Assembly: GCF_001194135.2 (NCBI RefSeq)
Contig: NC_068989.1
Span: 95,359,229 to 95,423,228, forward strand
DNA from: Octopus bimaculoides
Taxonomy: Eukaryota
Length of the DNA stretch: 64,000 nt
Reading direction: 5' to 3'
Numbering within the stretch: position 1 is the first letter of the stretch; the number at the start of each line of letters is the position of its first letter. The position numbers were made by a program, and so were the translations under genes. Shown here one piece after another: positions 35,819-50,599 of this stretch. The notes under the pieces were generated by a model. The model was not told the DNA's origin and searched no databases. It was given only the letters and a program-made list of their open reading frames with translations.

Positions 35819-36754
35819 AATGTGTATGTGTATGTATATATATATGTGTATGCATGAATGTGTGCATGTACATTTATGTATACACGCACACACATGTAAT
35901 GAACAAAAGAAATTTTAAAAAAAACTATTAAGCCCTCAAATCTATAAACTAATTAATTAAATGCTAAGGAATACGAGAGATGACTTAAGAAGTGAGAGAA
36001 TTAGTTTTGTATTGAACCCCCTCCCTCTACCGTCACTTTTCTTTTTTAAATCCACAATTATAATAATTAACATCCTATTTCAACAAAAATACAATGTGAG
36101 GGTAGAAAGGAAACACAGGAGGACATAAATAAGGCAAAACAGAAATTCCGTTTAATGTATACGAGACAGGAATTCTTTAAATGCCAAAGACTATGAAAGA
36201 GAGTGCAGACACTAGAGCTGGTTTGTGTGTGTGTGTGTGCATGTGTGTGTGTGTGCATGTGTATGTGTGTGCATGTGTGTGTGTGTGCATGTGTGTGTGT
36301 GTGTGTGCATGTGTGTGTGTGTATTACTTGAATTACTTCCAAGGTAAATCCCATATTGTTTTGGATACACTGAATGAAATATATAACAATTGAAGATAAA
36401 GCTGTTCTGTTCTGGCAGAAATTTTAACAAAGACCTTTCTTTTGTTTTCTTTCTCTATTTTTGGGAGGGACCATATTGTCTGATATCTTCTCCATAACAC
36501 TTCAATGAATTCTACTTCTATCTTTTATTTTGTTTTGGTGTAAGATTTTTTTTTTTTTTTTGTCTTCTCTGGTGTGGATGAAGATTCTCGCTTTATCACA
36601 GGACTTAGAAAAATAGGGAACCTCAACTTCTGAAATAAAGTTCCCCCAAAATTTAAACTTTTATATATCTATCTTTCACTCATAATAAACTCTTCATTTC
36701 TGATCAAAAAGAATGTAAAAACAAGAAACAAAAATAAAAACAATAACAATAACA

Positions 36755-36786
<32 letters not shown>

Positions 36787-37204
36787 AATAACTGAAAGAT
36801 TAAATCAAAAAGAAATCATTAATTATAATTCCACCTTGAAGAAGGGAAAAGTTTTCCAATGCTTATAAGATGCAATAATAACAACACTAATGTTTTGAAA
36901 TACCTGGCATAAACTGAGTTTTCTACAAACAATATTGGTTGCTAAGAATTATTTCTAAAGTTTGACGATTCTTTGACTTTTCAGCCATAATGTAGCTGGA
37001 GTTTAACAAACCTTTTAAAATTGGTGGAATTTTTTAATCTACGTCTTTGAAAATAAATCAACTTTTAATTTTTTTTCTTTTTTGTATCTCTAAGACCACT
37101 CGATGGTTTAAGGGCTGTTTCAAAACCTCTAGTTTCTGTACTCAGATGAAAGAAAAAAGGAATTCCCGTTTATATCAATAATAATTCATTTTGTTTTGTA
37201 AGTA

Positions 37205-37410
37205 AACGTTTAAGTGACAATTTGGATAAGCTGGGGTTTCGTGTGTAGATTGCAATTGTGATGTCTGCCAGTAGTTTTGGCACATTGGATGCAGAGTTCA
37301 TGGTTTTGAGTTTTGCTCTACCGTCTGTCATTTTGAGTGTCTTCTACAATAGCCATTGGCTGACCAATGCCGTGTGAATGGAAGCTGTTAAAGAGAAACT
37401 AGAAGGAAGC
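37205..37410 (+). mobile_element. Family B SINE head, diverged
   Basis: cacattggatgcagagttcatggttttgagttttg...gagtgtcttctacaatagcc...gaaggaagctc. Confidence 0.55.
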
Positions 37411-37639
37411 TCATCATGATGGTGATGTCATGCTTACATTTCCTGTCAACAACTCATGGAAAAACAAAAATAAAATAAACAACAAATGAATGACTACTGA
37501 ACTGCTGCAAACTAAAAAGCTTGGCACAGAACAACACTGCTTAGGTATACCCGTCCAACTTAAACCAGAATGGGAAAATGGGTGTCAAATGAAACTAATA
37601 AGGGTGACATTTATTTTTGTTGAGTTTTGATAGTTTAGT

Positions 37640-37872
37640 ATGTTCAGATGAGTTGGTATGAGCTAGTGCCACATGGTGCTGGTACCATGTAAAAAGTACC
37701 TAGTGCACTCTCTAAAATGGTTGGCATTGGGAAGAACATCCAACTGTGAAAACCATGCCAAGACAAACAATAGAACCTGGTGTGGCTCTCCATCCTTGCC
37801 AGCTTGTCAAACTATCCAACCCCTGCCAGCATTGAATAGAGACATTCAGTGATGATGATGATGATGATGATG
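37640..37872 (+). mobile_element. Family A retroposon
   Basis: taccatgtaaaaagtacc...gttggcattgggaagaacatccaactgtg...atccaacccctgccagcattg plus (GAT)n. Confidence 0.75.
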
Positions 37873-37946
37873 TGAGGAATTTGTTGTTTTAAGGTTGTCT
37901 ATTCGTACAGAAGAGGAAAAATGTTAAAGAGCATGTATATCTTTCT

Positions 37947-37974
37947 CAGATGAAGGGACAAGTCCCAAAACGTC
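37947..37974 (+). ncRNA. Decayed minimal hammerhead motif
   Basis: C(A)GAUGA A GGGAC AA GUCCC (A)AAA CGUC: perfect 5-bp stem II and ACGU palindrome, two core substitutions. Confidence 0.5.
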
Positions 37975-38079
37975 AAACTCCTCCCATCCTCCTCATGATG
38001 TCAAGTCTTATTCAAACTCATAAATTTCATTGCATTGCATTTTGTGTAATTATTTAATCCTTTACGACAAAAACCTGAA

Positions 38080-38760
38080 ATGTATTAAAAACTTCACATT
38101 TCTAGGAAACAGTGAAAACTCCGATGTTTCTCCTGAGGATAAAACAATCAACCACATCACTAAAGCTACAAGTACATTGAGCAAACTTCCTCGCTAACCG
38201 TGGGTTGAACAAGGAAGTTCATCAGAAATAAAAATTAACATCTACCAAGTTGTAGTCCTTCCTACTCTCCAGTATGGATTGGAATCTGGGTGCCCCATCA
38301 ATCAAATATCAGCCAGTTTGATATCTTTCATAAGCGATGGCTTTGGACCATTTGGGGATACAGCCTGAACGATAGTCTTTCAAATATTGACCTATTCTCT
38401 AAATGTAACATTGGTGATCGGTATTGAATTCTTTCTTTTGTAATCTCTGTTAAGATGGATTGGTGATGTCATTGGAATGAGTAACAAGAGAACTCCGAAA
38501 GTCCTTCTGTATAAACCAACTTCATGATGGAAGGAGAAGCATAGAAAGACCATGAATTAAGTAGAAGGATAAGCTTAAAGCTAATCTGAGACTGATAAAG
38601 ACACTGTCAGAAACACTTGAAAAAACTACATTGAATCTCAGTGAATGGTGGTTAACATGCCATGAAACTAGAAGAAACTATGAATGAAGTTACCTGAATC
38701 ATATCACAGAGCTGAGAGCAAAGATGGTGTTAATGAAACACTTTAGCTGCTTTGGATAAC
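38080..38760 (+). mobile_element. RTE-clade LINE remnant (RT C-terminal half)
   Basis: KNFTFLGN...HITKATSTLSKL...KINIYQVVVLPTLQYGLES...LRWIGDVIGMSNKRTPKVLLY...KDKLKANL matches RTE FTYLGS...RIAKAS.AFGRL...LPTLLY.CETW...LRWAGHV.RM...RLPK. Confidence 0.8.
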
Positions 38761-39157
38761 GATCTTCGTTTGTGAATCTTTGGCTAGATTAAAGTCTCTT
38801 ACGTAACTTAGACATCAAAAATAAGGTTATTGGACCCTCATCCATAGAAATCAGGGAGAGAAACCATCATCATCATCATCATATACATATATATTCACAT
38901 TTATTTAAATGATGAACCTGTGCCAGCAGGGAATGGAAGACAAATGTCAAATGATGTCGATGATGATGTGGTTAGGTGAATAGATTACAATGGTATTGTT
39001 TTACATCCAGACACCTTTCTTGTTGCTAAATCTTGTACCAGATCAAAAATCTAATCAATAAATTCCATTTTCTTTAATTCTCATCTTCCATCCTATTCCA
39101 CTTTATAATTTCTTTCTGAAAAACACAAAATATTTATGAATCCTGCCATTAAAAACA

Positions 39158-39532
39158 TGGCCGTGTGGTCAAGAATCTTTCTTTGCAACCATACGGTTTC
39201 AGGTTCAGTCCTACTGTACGGCACTTTGGGCAAGTGGCTTCTACCATAACTTCAGAACAACTAATGCTTTGTTGGTGAATTTGGGATGTGGAAACTGTGA
39301 GGAATCCCATTGTCTATATATGTATGTGTGTGTGTTGGTCTCCACCATTACTGTTTCAATTGGTGTTTGTTTACATTCTCTCTAACTTGAATGGTTTGGC
39401 AAAAGAGGTCGACAGACTAAGTACCAGAGTGAAAAACTAAGCCCCGGGGTTGATTTGTTTGTCTAAACCCTTTAAGGTGGTGCTGCTCCAGCATTGCCAC
39501 AGTCCAATGATTGGAAAAAGTGAAAAATAAAA
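39158..39532 (+). mobile_element. Family B tRNA-SINE, near full length
   Basis: Head tggccgtgtggtcaagaatc...caggttcagtcc through ...ctccagcattgccacagt...aaaaataaaa. Confidence 0.8.
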
Positions 39533-40730
39533 GTTATTCTTAGAAAACACCAATTTTACAATTAATGAACTTCAGAAATCCACAAGACTCAACAACCGTT
39601 GAGATACCAATCTTCCTTCAGGAGTCGGGTGGGAATCATTTATCTTGAATTCTATCTATTCCTTGACATATTAGTAAAATGAAGAATTTTCTAGAGTAAT
39701 TTATCCTATCCACAGATTCAAAGGAGGGTTTTGTAGTTGAGATGAGCTGAGAGTTCAACATTTCACCAATTGGTCAAATCATCTGCGCTATCTTTACTTT
39801 CTTTTTTTGAGAGAGAGAGAGAGAGAGACACACACACACATACAGAGAAAGAGAGAGAGAGGTCCTCTTCTTTCCAGAGAGATGAATTTTTACGTCTGCT
39901 GCAATGGACCCTACTCTGAACATGCAAAATACTTTTCCGATAGTAGAAGAGCTGGATTCCAAAAGTCAAATCTCCTGGAACTTCGTATACTGAGTTCTAT
40001 GCACCTGAGAGAAGGGAACCAAGTCCACTTGTTTTCGGTTGAGAAATTCTTTCTGGAATTCTTTGCATTTCACACAATGTGGGGCATACATTTTATTTTT
40101 ACTGACCAATGAAACGGACCCTGCAGAATTGATTTGCATATTACATAACCAGCAAAAATTTAATCAGTGTGTTGAGGCTAATGATAGAAAATAATTGAAC
40201 TCCCATTATCTCTCTTCTTGTCAAAATTTGTATTAAACACTTGATCTAATCCTCCATTCAATTCAGTTTTGAATTCTTTCCTAATGCTCCCCACCCCAAA
40301 CTAAGCTGAAACATAATTCACATCAACATCACCAATTTTGGAGGTTTATATTTTGTGTCATGACAACTTCCTCTTCTTCTTGACTAAATCATAAAAACAA
40401 CTTAAAATGACCCCTAAAGGTATAGAAACTGCAGCTTAACTCTAATCTTCTTTCATGTAAAAATATAATTATCTTATCTATAAACCCAGAAATAATTTAA
40501 TTGTTTTTGTTTGTTTATTGTTTATACTATCCTCCTCCTATCTACTACAAAAATTAGAATAAAAAAACACAAACAAAATTTGAATTGAATTTGTTTCAAC
40601 AATCTTCTAAATATTATACTAATTATACTAATGTTATTGATATTTTGGTTAATAAGTTTAGAGCAGCTGTTAGTGTTATTATTATTATTATTGTTATACA
40701 TTATTATTATTATTATCATCATTATTATTA

Positions 40731-40901
40731 CAGTAATCCCTTGACTGTTGCAGGTGTTATGCTCCAAAATCTCCCGCAATAGGTGAAAATCCGTATATTT
40801 TTATTGTTATTTTTATAATTTGTATATATTTATTTTATTACAAATGCTAAACAACACCACGGAGGAATCGACATAAGCTTAAATATGGCATGGGGTTACT
40901 G
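40731..40901. mobile_element. Tigger/pogo-like MITE
   Basis: TA|CAGTAATCCC ... GGGGTTACTG|CA: 10-bp TIRs with one mismatch, TA target decayed on the right. Confidence 0.65.
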
Positions 40902-41384
40902 CATAATTATTATTATTATTATCACTTTTTATAGCCAGGGATAGAATAAGAAATAAGGAAAGAAATTGTAAATATAAAGTTTATACACTGTTTGTCAAGG
41001 TTCCATGATGTAATGCTTATCACATCTGCTTAACATGCAGAAGATTGTGAGTCTGAAACTTGCTGGAACCGTAGCTGACATTTTAAACCATCTGACCCAT
41101 GCCAGCATGGAAACGGATGCTAAATGATGATGATGATGATGATGATGACTTCATTAAAAAGAATTTGAATATATTAGTTTGTGTGTCTTTCTTTATCTGG
41201 AGGTGTGGTTTACTTCCCTGGCTTAATATTGATTAAGTTATAGATTGGATTGTTGTTGCAGTGGTTTTACAGCTTCAAAACAATGTGAAATATTTATAGA
41301 ACAATTGCCCTAACGACAATTCACATTTGGCACACTGACTCCACTAATTAATTCATTATGAAACTTCAACTACAACTTACACCT

Positions 41385-41415
<31 letters not shown>

Positions 41416-41879
41416 CATATTACACAAACTTAATTATACAATTACTAGTTGTTTAGTTCATGTCAGCCTTGATTGAATGAACCAATAATGAAAGGAAGTA
41501 GTTCAACCAGGACTATCCTGTTGGTTTCAATGGCATTCTTGGTTCAAGACAGTGAGAGTGTAATTTGAGAGGAATTTAGTCATTATTTCTAGCAAGCCCA
41601 GCAACCAAGTAGAAGTTCCCCTTTGGGTTTTGTTATGCTTTATGTCCATTTTCCTATGTTAGCATGGATCAAATAAATATCTTAACAAAGAATTGTTGTA
41701 CAACTATATGTGCTTTCTGATGCTGACCATTTCCAGTACATACACACACACACATATATAGATATACGTGTGTACATAAATATATACACACAAACATGTG
41801 TGTGTGTGTATATATATTTTTGCATATGTACATATACATGTATGTATACATAGATGTAGATATGTGTATTTACAGATAT

Positions 41880-42236
41880 TCTTTTATTTGTTTGTCATTT
41901 GACTGTGGCCATACTGGAGCACCACTTTAAGCAGTTTTAGTCGAACAAATCGACTCCAGAACTTATTATTTGTAAGCCTAGTACTTATTCTATAGGTCTC
42001 TTTTGCTGAACCACTAAGTTATGGGGACATAAACAACATTGGTTGTCAAGTGATAGTTGGAGGACAAACACAGACACAAATATATACATATATACATATA
42101 TACACATATGTATACGACAGGCTCCTTTCAGTTCCTTCAGTCTACCAAATCCACTCGCAAGGCTTTCGTCGACCCGAGACTATAGTAGAAGACACTTTCC
42201 CAAGGCACCATGCAGTGGGACTGAACCTGGAACCAC
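41880..42236 (-). mobile_element. Family B tRNA-SINE, near full length
   Basis: gtggccatactggagcacc...aagcctagtacttattctatagg...gaagacactttcccaaggcaccatgcagtgggactgaacctggaaccac. Confidence 0.85.
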
Positions 42237-43082
42237 ATATAATGCATTTACATGCATATATACATCTACCCACATACATACATACACACATATACACATA
42301 AAACTAGTTCTCAGAGAAACTCAAAGCAAATGTGAAAGAGTGAGGGCAAGTCATTGATGAAGTAAATAGGAATGAAAGGACTCTGACAACCGATTGATTG
42401 TTCAAACAACACATTAAACAAATCATTGAATAGTTTGTTAATGAAATAAAGAAATGGTACTGGACCAGTCCATGTGTTTATTTTAATTTTCATTGACACA
42501 ATGATCCTCCCTAGACACAATAATANNNNNNNNNNNNNNNNNNNNNNNNNNNNNNNNNNNNNNNNNNNNNNNNNNNNNNNNNNNNNNNNNNNNNNNNNNN
42601 NNNNNNNNNNNNNNNNNNNNNNNNNNNNNNNNNNNNNNNNNNNNNNNNNNNNNNNNNNNNNNNNNNNNNNNNNNNNNNNNNNNNNNNNNNNNNNNNNNNN
42701 NNNNNNNNNNNNNNNNNNNTATATATATATGATGTGTGTATATAAGTAAATAAGTGTGTGTTTAATTTTAAACAAATTTTACAATTTGTGAATATATCAA
42801 ATTTAATTATGAAAAGATTATATTTAAATCTTAAAAATGAGATTTAGTTTTATGGTTTTTGGGTGGACAACTGTAAATGAATTCATAAATATTTTACATA
42901 TGTTGCTTTTAATTGTAATTAACCTATTTGAGAGATAAAAGAGGTTGTGTATATTTCTAATATTTTGAGATTACAGATAATTTGTGGACAATGAATGTCA
43001 TCGTATCAATTGTGAATTGCTGAACACATCAGGTGTGAGATAGAAAACCATACATATGGAATGTGTGTGCATATTTGCATGA

Positions 43083-43171
<89 letters not shown>

Positions 43172-43484
43172 TATATATGTGTGTGTGTATGTATATATAT
43201 ATATATATATATACAGACATATACATGAATATATAAATATAGATATATATGTGTGTCTATGTCTACACACACATACATATATACATGCACAAATATATAT
43301 TACACTTTCCATTAGAATTAGCAGAAATTTCCAAACGTGACACAGGAACCAAGGGTTTAGTGCAGAGCACTTATCAAACTCCCATATTGAGTTTTATTTC
43401 TCATTTGTTTTGCGGAACCTATATACATAAACACCCCCCCATAATATATATATTGTCTGGTTTTATAATAGTCCTTTCTACTAT

Positions 43485-43655
43485 AGGCACAAGGCCAGCA
43501 ATGGGGGGAAGTGTGCAAGTCAGTTATGTCGGCCCTAATGCCCAGCTGGCACTTATTTTGTCACCCCTGAAAGGATGAAAAGCAAAGGTGACCTTGGCAG
43601 AATTTGAACTCAGAACGTAGAGGAGAATGAAATGCCACGAAGCATTTTGCTCAGT
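43485..43655 (-). mobile_element. Family C tRNA-SINE
   Basis: ggcacaaggcc...gaaaggatgaaaagcaaaggtgaccttggcagaatttgaactcagaacg. Confidence 0.8.
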
Positions 43656-43785
43656 TTTGATTCTCCCAGCTGTCTTCACGTTGAGATTTTGAGTTATTAA
43701 TAAAAACAGCTTTACACTAAACTGAAGGATTACTTGATGCTATTTGCAGAGTACAGATTCATTATTCCTTAACGAGGATAATGTT

Positions 43786-43825
43786 GACACTGACTTTTGG
43801 CTTTCTTAGCCTTCATCAGACAGTC
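43786..43825 (-). ncRNA. Decayed minimal hammerhead motif
   Basis: Minus: GACUGU CUGAUGA A GGCU AAGAA AGCC AAAA GUC AGUGUC: 4-bp stem II, G12A plus one deleted base, stem I 4 of 6 pairs. Confidence 0.5.
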
Positions 43826-43937
43826 TCACCAAGTCTAAGCAAACTAACACTTCAAAGTCACTGTCAACACTATTCTTGTCAAAGAATAATATATATATAT
43901 ATATTACACACACACACATCTATAAATGTTTAATTAA

Positions 43938-43974
<37 letters not shown>

Positions 43975-45621
43975 NNNNNNNNNNNNNNNNNNNNNNGTGT
44001 GTATATGTGTGTGTATATATGTGTGTGTGGGTGTGTCATGAAAGACACATAAATTACTGCTAAACTAATTCAGTGAAACCTCGCAACTGATTTCTGCTCA
44101 ACATGGTGGCCATTATTGAAACATCAAACATAGATGTCATAAAAACGTATTAGAAATTTATTAGACGAGTATTGCTGGTATTCTTTATTTAGGAAGAGGA
44201 CATCTAACGGTTGATGACTGAACCAATTAAATATAAACATGAGATGAGGTTAATAAACCAGAAAGCTTTAATTAAATCAATTTCTTCTTTTTTTTTTATT
44301 ATTTGAACAAACAAAGCAAAAACACTTTGTAAAATTGATGTGAAGCGTTTGAAATTCAGTTGTCAATCTTGTTTTCATGAAGGATGAAGAAGACAAGGGT
44401 TTAAAGGGATCTATCAACTGTATTTGTTGCAAAAATATACTTAAGAGATAAACTTTTGATTAATGAGGATAAATTGCCAAAGACAAATCAATTTTTTTTT
44501 TCTTAAGAAGTTAGTATGTGTTTAATTGTAACCAGTCTTAACCAAGACATCTGCTGTAAATGTGCCAGATGCTGTGAATAAATAATAATAATAAAAGAAG
44601 GTGTTGCATTAAAATGTAGCTAAAATATCAGGCAATATAGAAAGAAAGAATTTTGGATGGAAATGCAATCATGTGTTTTGTGAATGAAATGTTTTCTGGA
44701 AAAAAACAAGAAAAAACTTTTGAAATTTATCTACGATAAAAGTAACAAAATAGAAATGAAGAAATGAAACAAAATAAGTTATTAATTTTTTGTTAATAAG
44801 CAAGAACTTTAACATGATTTTTAAAAACTTTATTTATAATTTTTACTATAAAATATCTCTTTAGTTTCTGTTTTTTATTGTTTTTTTTTTTTACACAAAA
44901 CTGTAACATTTGTATAGTTAAACAAATGGGAATAAACAAAATAATAATAATAATAAAACCCAAATAAAATAAAAACCAAGCCTTGACCAAAACTATTCAA
45001 GTTAAATACAAATTAGCCATCACCCCTACGTGATGATTTTCATCCCTTTCAATGTTTTTTCTGTTGCTGTTTAATGAGGTTAAATATTTCAAGTTTGGAA
45101 AGAAATGGATGCAACTAAACAACAAAATGTACCCTGAATAAACTGTCAATTCGAATTGTAGGTCAACCATTTCACAGATGAAAAAAAGATTTATTAGAGT
45201 TCTACAATAGCATTAAATCATTTTAACAGAATCAGTTTTTATAACATACGGAAATTACTTTTACCTTTTTTATGTCCAGAAATGTGAATGTCATTTGATT
45301 TCCTTTGCATGGTTCTATCACTTTTTTTATTGATTACATTTTTAATTTATTCCTAGTTTTAGTCTTCCTATGTTCCATTACACTCACTTAATTGGTTTCT
45401 GATACTGACTCCCCTCACCCCATCTCCCTTCCCCTGATCAACTTTTACTGTTTCTGTTGACAACTAATGTAGATTGTCAGAATAATCAAGAACTGCTAAG
45501 TCAATACAGTAATAGACACAATATTTTCTGGGGTTTTTTTTGGTCTGCTATTGTTGCTAACCTCACAAGGAAACCAGGAGAAGAATGAAAAGTGAGAGAA
45601 TGATATAACACACAAAATACA

Positions 45622-45667
<46 letters not shown>

Positions 45668-48334
45668 ACCAGTGAATCCAAACTAACAAGAAAAAAATAA
45701 CAATAAAAAACAAAACAAAAAAAGAGAAAAAAACCCAAAAGGCCCCCTCCCCTACATTGTCACATTATTTGGACTAAATGAAAGTCTGAACAGTTTTTAT
45801 TTGTTATGATTTTTTAATTCATTTGATTTTTTTTATAAACTTAATCAATAATTTTCTTTTCTTTCTATCTATAAACTGTATTGACATTAGGTTCAAAGCT
45901 ATAATTAAATTTGTAATTAATTCCATTATTTTTCTTTAAAGTTAAACTTTTTAATAAAGTAATTAAAATACATGTTGTAAATGTAACAACGACAAAAAGA
46001 AGAGAAAAAAACAATAAACAAAATGATAAAATTTTGTACTTATTTAGCTTGCAGAGGAAATAACATAATTAATGCTGAGAAAAAAAGAAAGAAAAAAGCT
46101 CTTTTACTCTTCACCTCTCACTAAAATCTAAACATTAAGTAGAGATTAAACTGAGCTAAAACATCATGATGTTCATTAAAAAGGTTAAATGCTTTTAAAA
46201 AAACACACAGCAGCAGAAATGGAATCATAGAATCCAGAAGCTATTCAAAATCTGTAAAATGTAGACTTTAACTTTTTCCATAAAATACTATTTCATATAA
46301 TAACAGCCATTTAATGTTGCAGGTGAATTAAAAGATGGGATGAATGTGTGTGCGTGCACGCGTATGTGTGTGTATGCACGTGTGATGTCTAGAAAGCATA
46401 GTTTAGCTAAACAATATGGTTAGATGAATTAGAATATCTGAACAATTTTTATACCCAACTAAAGTAAAACAAATTTAATAATAATAATAATCGAATGACA
46501 ACAACATCTTCCAACACATACTGACTGCCAGGAGAATGATAAATATAGGTTCGGACAGAGCTTTTCTATCCAATAGCTGCACTCTTGACTGGAGGGAAAC
46601 ATAGGCTGTAGTTAGCTGATAATCTGTGTGGAACATGTGTTTGTACCTTTCTCATTGTGTGTGTGTGTGTAAGCATAGAAAATAAGTCAACAGCATTATA
46701 TATATGCGCATGTGTGTGTGTTTTAACATCAGTTTGACTCAGCCCAAGATTACTTAAGGTTTCATGAGTGTAGGACATGTCCACTTCATCAGAGAGAGAG
46801 AGAGAGATGGGGGAGAGGAAGAGAGACAGAGAGATGGGGGAGAGGAAGAGAGACAGAGAGATGGATGAATGAAGTTTTTAGCTATTTCTTTTATGACAGT
46901 AAGAATAAGAAGTGCAAATTGTTTATAGTTAAATCTTGCCAAACACCCCCATCAGATACAGACAAGCATGGTACCACTCACGTGTGTACAAAGACACTTC
47001 AGTTTTCAACTTACAACAAATTTCTCCCAACTTCATTATTCTCATTAACACTGTTTTCTACACACCCAACATTATATATGTGAGAGTGTATATATGCATA
47101 TACCAATGTTTAGTATTAACATTCATACAAATTCACAATCATAAGAAGAGAGCAAAAACTGATTGGTGCCCTTACAACAAATTTAGCAGTAATTTATCTT
47201 AGGATGGCTTCATATAAAGGACGGATTTTATATACTGATACTGAATCAGCAGCTGTATATAACCACAAGTAAAAAAAAATACCGAGTTAACTGAGTTTGA
47301 CTTAAACCATAAACTTTTAACTAAATGTCTGGGATGATTTGTTAAAATTTTCCACTAAAATGGGTCGAAAATGTCTTTGAAAATATTTTACATCTTTCTA
47401 TATTTTGCTTGATTTGATCTCCAGAAATGAACTGATGTGCTACTGTTTTTTCCTTGGATATGTACCAAATATCATCCCCTGCTTAACCCCAGGCAGAGAA
47501 GGTTTCAACCATTTGGAGTTCAGTGATCTCTTTTATCAAATTGTGTTTTACAAATGAAGCCTTTACAAGTTTTTCAAAACTAAGAGAACAACCAATGACA
47601 TAATTAAACAGAAGCTAATTAAGTGCAGTGGTTTGCTAATTGTATGCCATCTAACACATTCCATTTTTTTTTTAGATATTTGTGCACATTAATAACCCTA
47701 AAGTTAAATTTTGGTGAAAATTATTAAAGAACGAGAAGTCTTATATCATGGAAATATATTGGAGACTGTATGTTTNNNNNNNNNNNNNNNNNNNNNNNNN
47801 NNNNNNNNNNNNNNNNNNNNNNNNNNNNNNNNNNNNNNNNNNNNNNNNNNNNNNNNNNNNNNNNNNNNNNNNNNNNNNNNNNNNNNNNNNNNNNNNNNNN
47901 NNNNNNNNNNNNNNNNNNNNNNNNNNNNNNNNNNNNNNNNNNNNNNNNNNNNNNNNNNNNNNNNNNNNNNNNNNNNNNNNNNNNNNNNNNNNNNNNNNNN
48001 NNNNNNNNNNNNNNNNNNNNNNNNNNNNNNNNNNNNNNNNNNNNNNNNNNNNNNNNNNNNNNNNNNNNNNNNNNNNNNNNNNNNNNNNNNNNNNNNNNNN
48101 NNNNNNNNNNNNNNNNNNNNNNNNNNNNNNNNNNNNNNNNNNNNNNNNNNNNNNNNNNNNNNNNNNNNNNNNNNNNNNNNNNNNNNNNNNNNNNNNNNNN
48201 NNNNNNNNNNNNNNNNNNNNNNNNNNNNNNNNNNNNNNNNNNNNNNNNNNNNNNNNNNNNNNNNNNNNNNNNNNNNNNNNNNNNNNNNNNNNNNNNNNNN
48301 NNNNNNNNNNNNNNNNNNNNNNNNNNNNNNNNNN

Positions 48335-48390
<56 letters not shown>

Positions 48391-50599
48391 TGTACATATG
48401 TATGTATATAAAACAGTTGAAGAGTTTTGCCTTGCTGTTGACTGGTCTTTCATCAACTATGACCCACACCTCAGCAAAAAGCAACTAAATGAAGTGTCTG
48501 ATCAACATTTATGGTTGTGGCAAACTCAAGGAATGTTTTCCTACGATTTACAACTCAAAATAATATATGGTCCCTGTTGAAAAGCAAACACTGTGTTTTT
48601 AACTTTAATTTGATTAGATTTGGCTGTTATGGTGGTGGTAGTGTAGTTACTTTTGCTAATTGGGCTAAGATTATTTGTTAATGACTTTTTTTTTACCTTT
48701 TCTAAAAGAATTATAGGAGTTATTTTCATAAAGATTATCTAATTTGATATTATTATCTTAATAAGAAGACATGCACAAAAGACAAAAAAAAAAAAAAATG
48801 ATTGTCCCATCTTAATGTAAATATTTCATAGAGTTTGAAATTTTTACTAAACATATTAGAAAAAGCAAGAAAAAAAAGAATGAAAATAAAAAAGATTTGT
48901 TATAAGGAAATATAAAAGAAAATTAAATGAGAAAACCAAATGACCAAAATAGGCAAAAATGAAACTGTTTTTTTTTGTTTTTTTTTGCTTCAGAAGTATA
49001 TCTATATCAAAAATATACAACGCCATTTCAGTGCATGGACAGGAATAATTGAAAATAAGAGCAGTTCAAAGCTTTGCAAAAGAAAGATATCATTAAATGT
49101 TTTCTGCCAATATTCATTAATTTTTAGAAATAATTTTTTAAGCAATAAAATCAATCAACTGCCAGAAACATTTATAAAATAGTGAAGTGGGTGAAACTGT
49201 CAGAAAGTTTTCAGTTATGTCATTTTGAAAAATGTTGAGAAAAGTAAAAACAATTGTTGAAATGAAAATGCCACAGCAACTAAACAATATGGAATAGGAA
49301 ATAAGTTTTAAGGAACTAAGTTTTAGGTTTCGCTATAATTTTGTTGTGAGTGAAGAAAGGAAAAGAAAAACAGGGAAAACTGTTTGCATATATTACACAT
49401 AGATGTATGTAAATTTATGCAGAATATACGAATTATGCTATTATTTGTCTTATGACAAGAAACCTTGCTTCTATGCTTAAAATAACAGCAACATAAAAGC
49501 TGAGTTATTTCTGGTGCACTCAATATTGGCAAGATTTTCAGAATCTAGTTAGCCTTGATCTTCCTCATTTCCAACTATCTTAACATTAACTAAACTGAAA
49601 AAATCACCATCAAAATTAGGAACAAGAATAATTAAATCTGAATATTTGGCAGACTTTATAGTTTAATAGTTTGTTGTATTTTTGTAAAAAGATGGAAATA
49701 TTTTTGTTATGACACATTTCATCCCTCCCACCACCACTGCATTTCACTATTTTACTTTTTAATTCTTTGCTAAAATTTATTTAACTAACTGATAAGACCT
49801 GACAAGTCTTTTAACAAAATTATGTATTTTTAAGATTCCTACCAAAATATTTTAGCAGAAAACTTATGTAAGCAAGCAAACAATGTCATTCAAATAATTG
49901 AAAAAAATATTTATACTTTCTTAGTGTTAATGAGGATACCAAAAAAAGAAAAATCAAAAATAAAATAAAAAAATTAAAAACAATCTTTTAAACAATAGCG
50001 TGACAATAAAAATGAGAAGAAAGGGGGGAAAAAATCAATAAAGTCATAAATAACAGTTACTAATGAAATCTTTTGTAGTAAATCAATGATTTTAAGATAT
50101 ATAATCATAAGTGGGGAGTGGGGAATCCAACTTGAAAAAGAAGAGTAAAAATAAAACTGATGATAGAGAAAAGGAAGATAAATTGATGCATGGCAATTAA
50201 ACAAATATAAGTGAGACACATGACTGGCCGACCAACTGGTATCAAAGATAGAAATAGTCAATTTCTAAATTTAGTTTCTGGAATGATGATAATTCTCCTC
50301 TCGCCAAATAAAACAAACAACACGTCCAGATATCAGATTGCTATTCAATGATATTTAATAGATGTTAATAAATGAGATGTGACTCTCAAGGCAGAAAGCA
50401 AGCACAAAAGTTCAGCAGAGAACTCTATTGGTTTGTAAATTACTGCTTAGTTGGCTGATAACTAGGGAAAGTTGAGAATTGGCACAGGGGACAAAAAAAA
50501 AATTGTACATATCCCTTGTGAGATTAAATTGCAAAAGAAAGTGATAAAGTAGATAATAATAACAACAATAACAATAATAATAATAATAATAATAATTCT

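Noticed and set aside
39880-40200. GC-richer island with open frames on both strands (FCWLCNMQ...CVKCKEFQKEF; FNQCVEANDRK)
   Set aside because: In-frame stops flank the RING-like words; the plus-strand end resembles a Tc1/mariner C-terminus (CVEANGG), so it is probably TE debris, but too decayed to call.
46750-46795. Minus-strand CUGAUGA...GAAACCUU
   Set aside because: No stem II closing at both A9 and G12, and no stem I.
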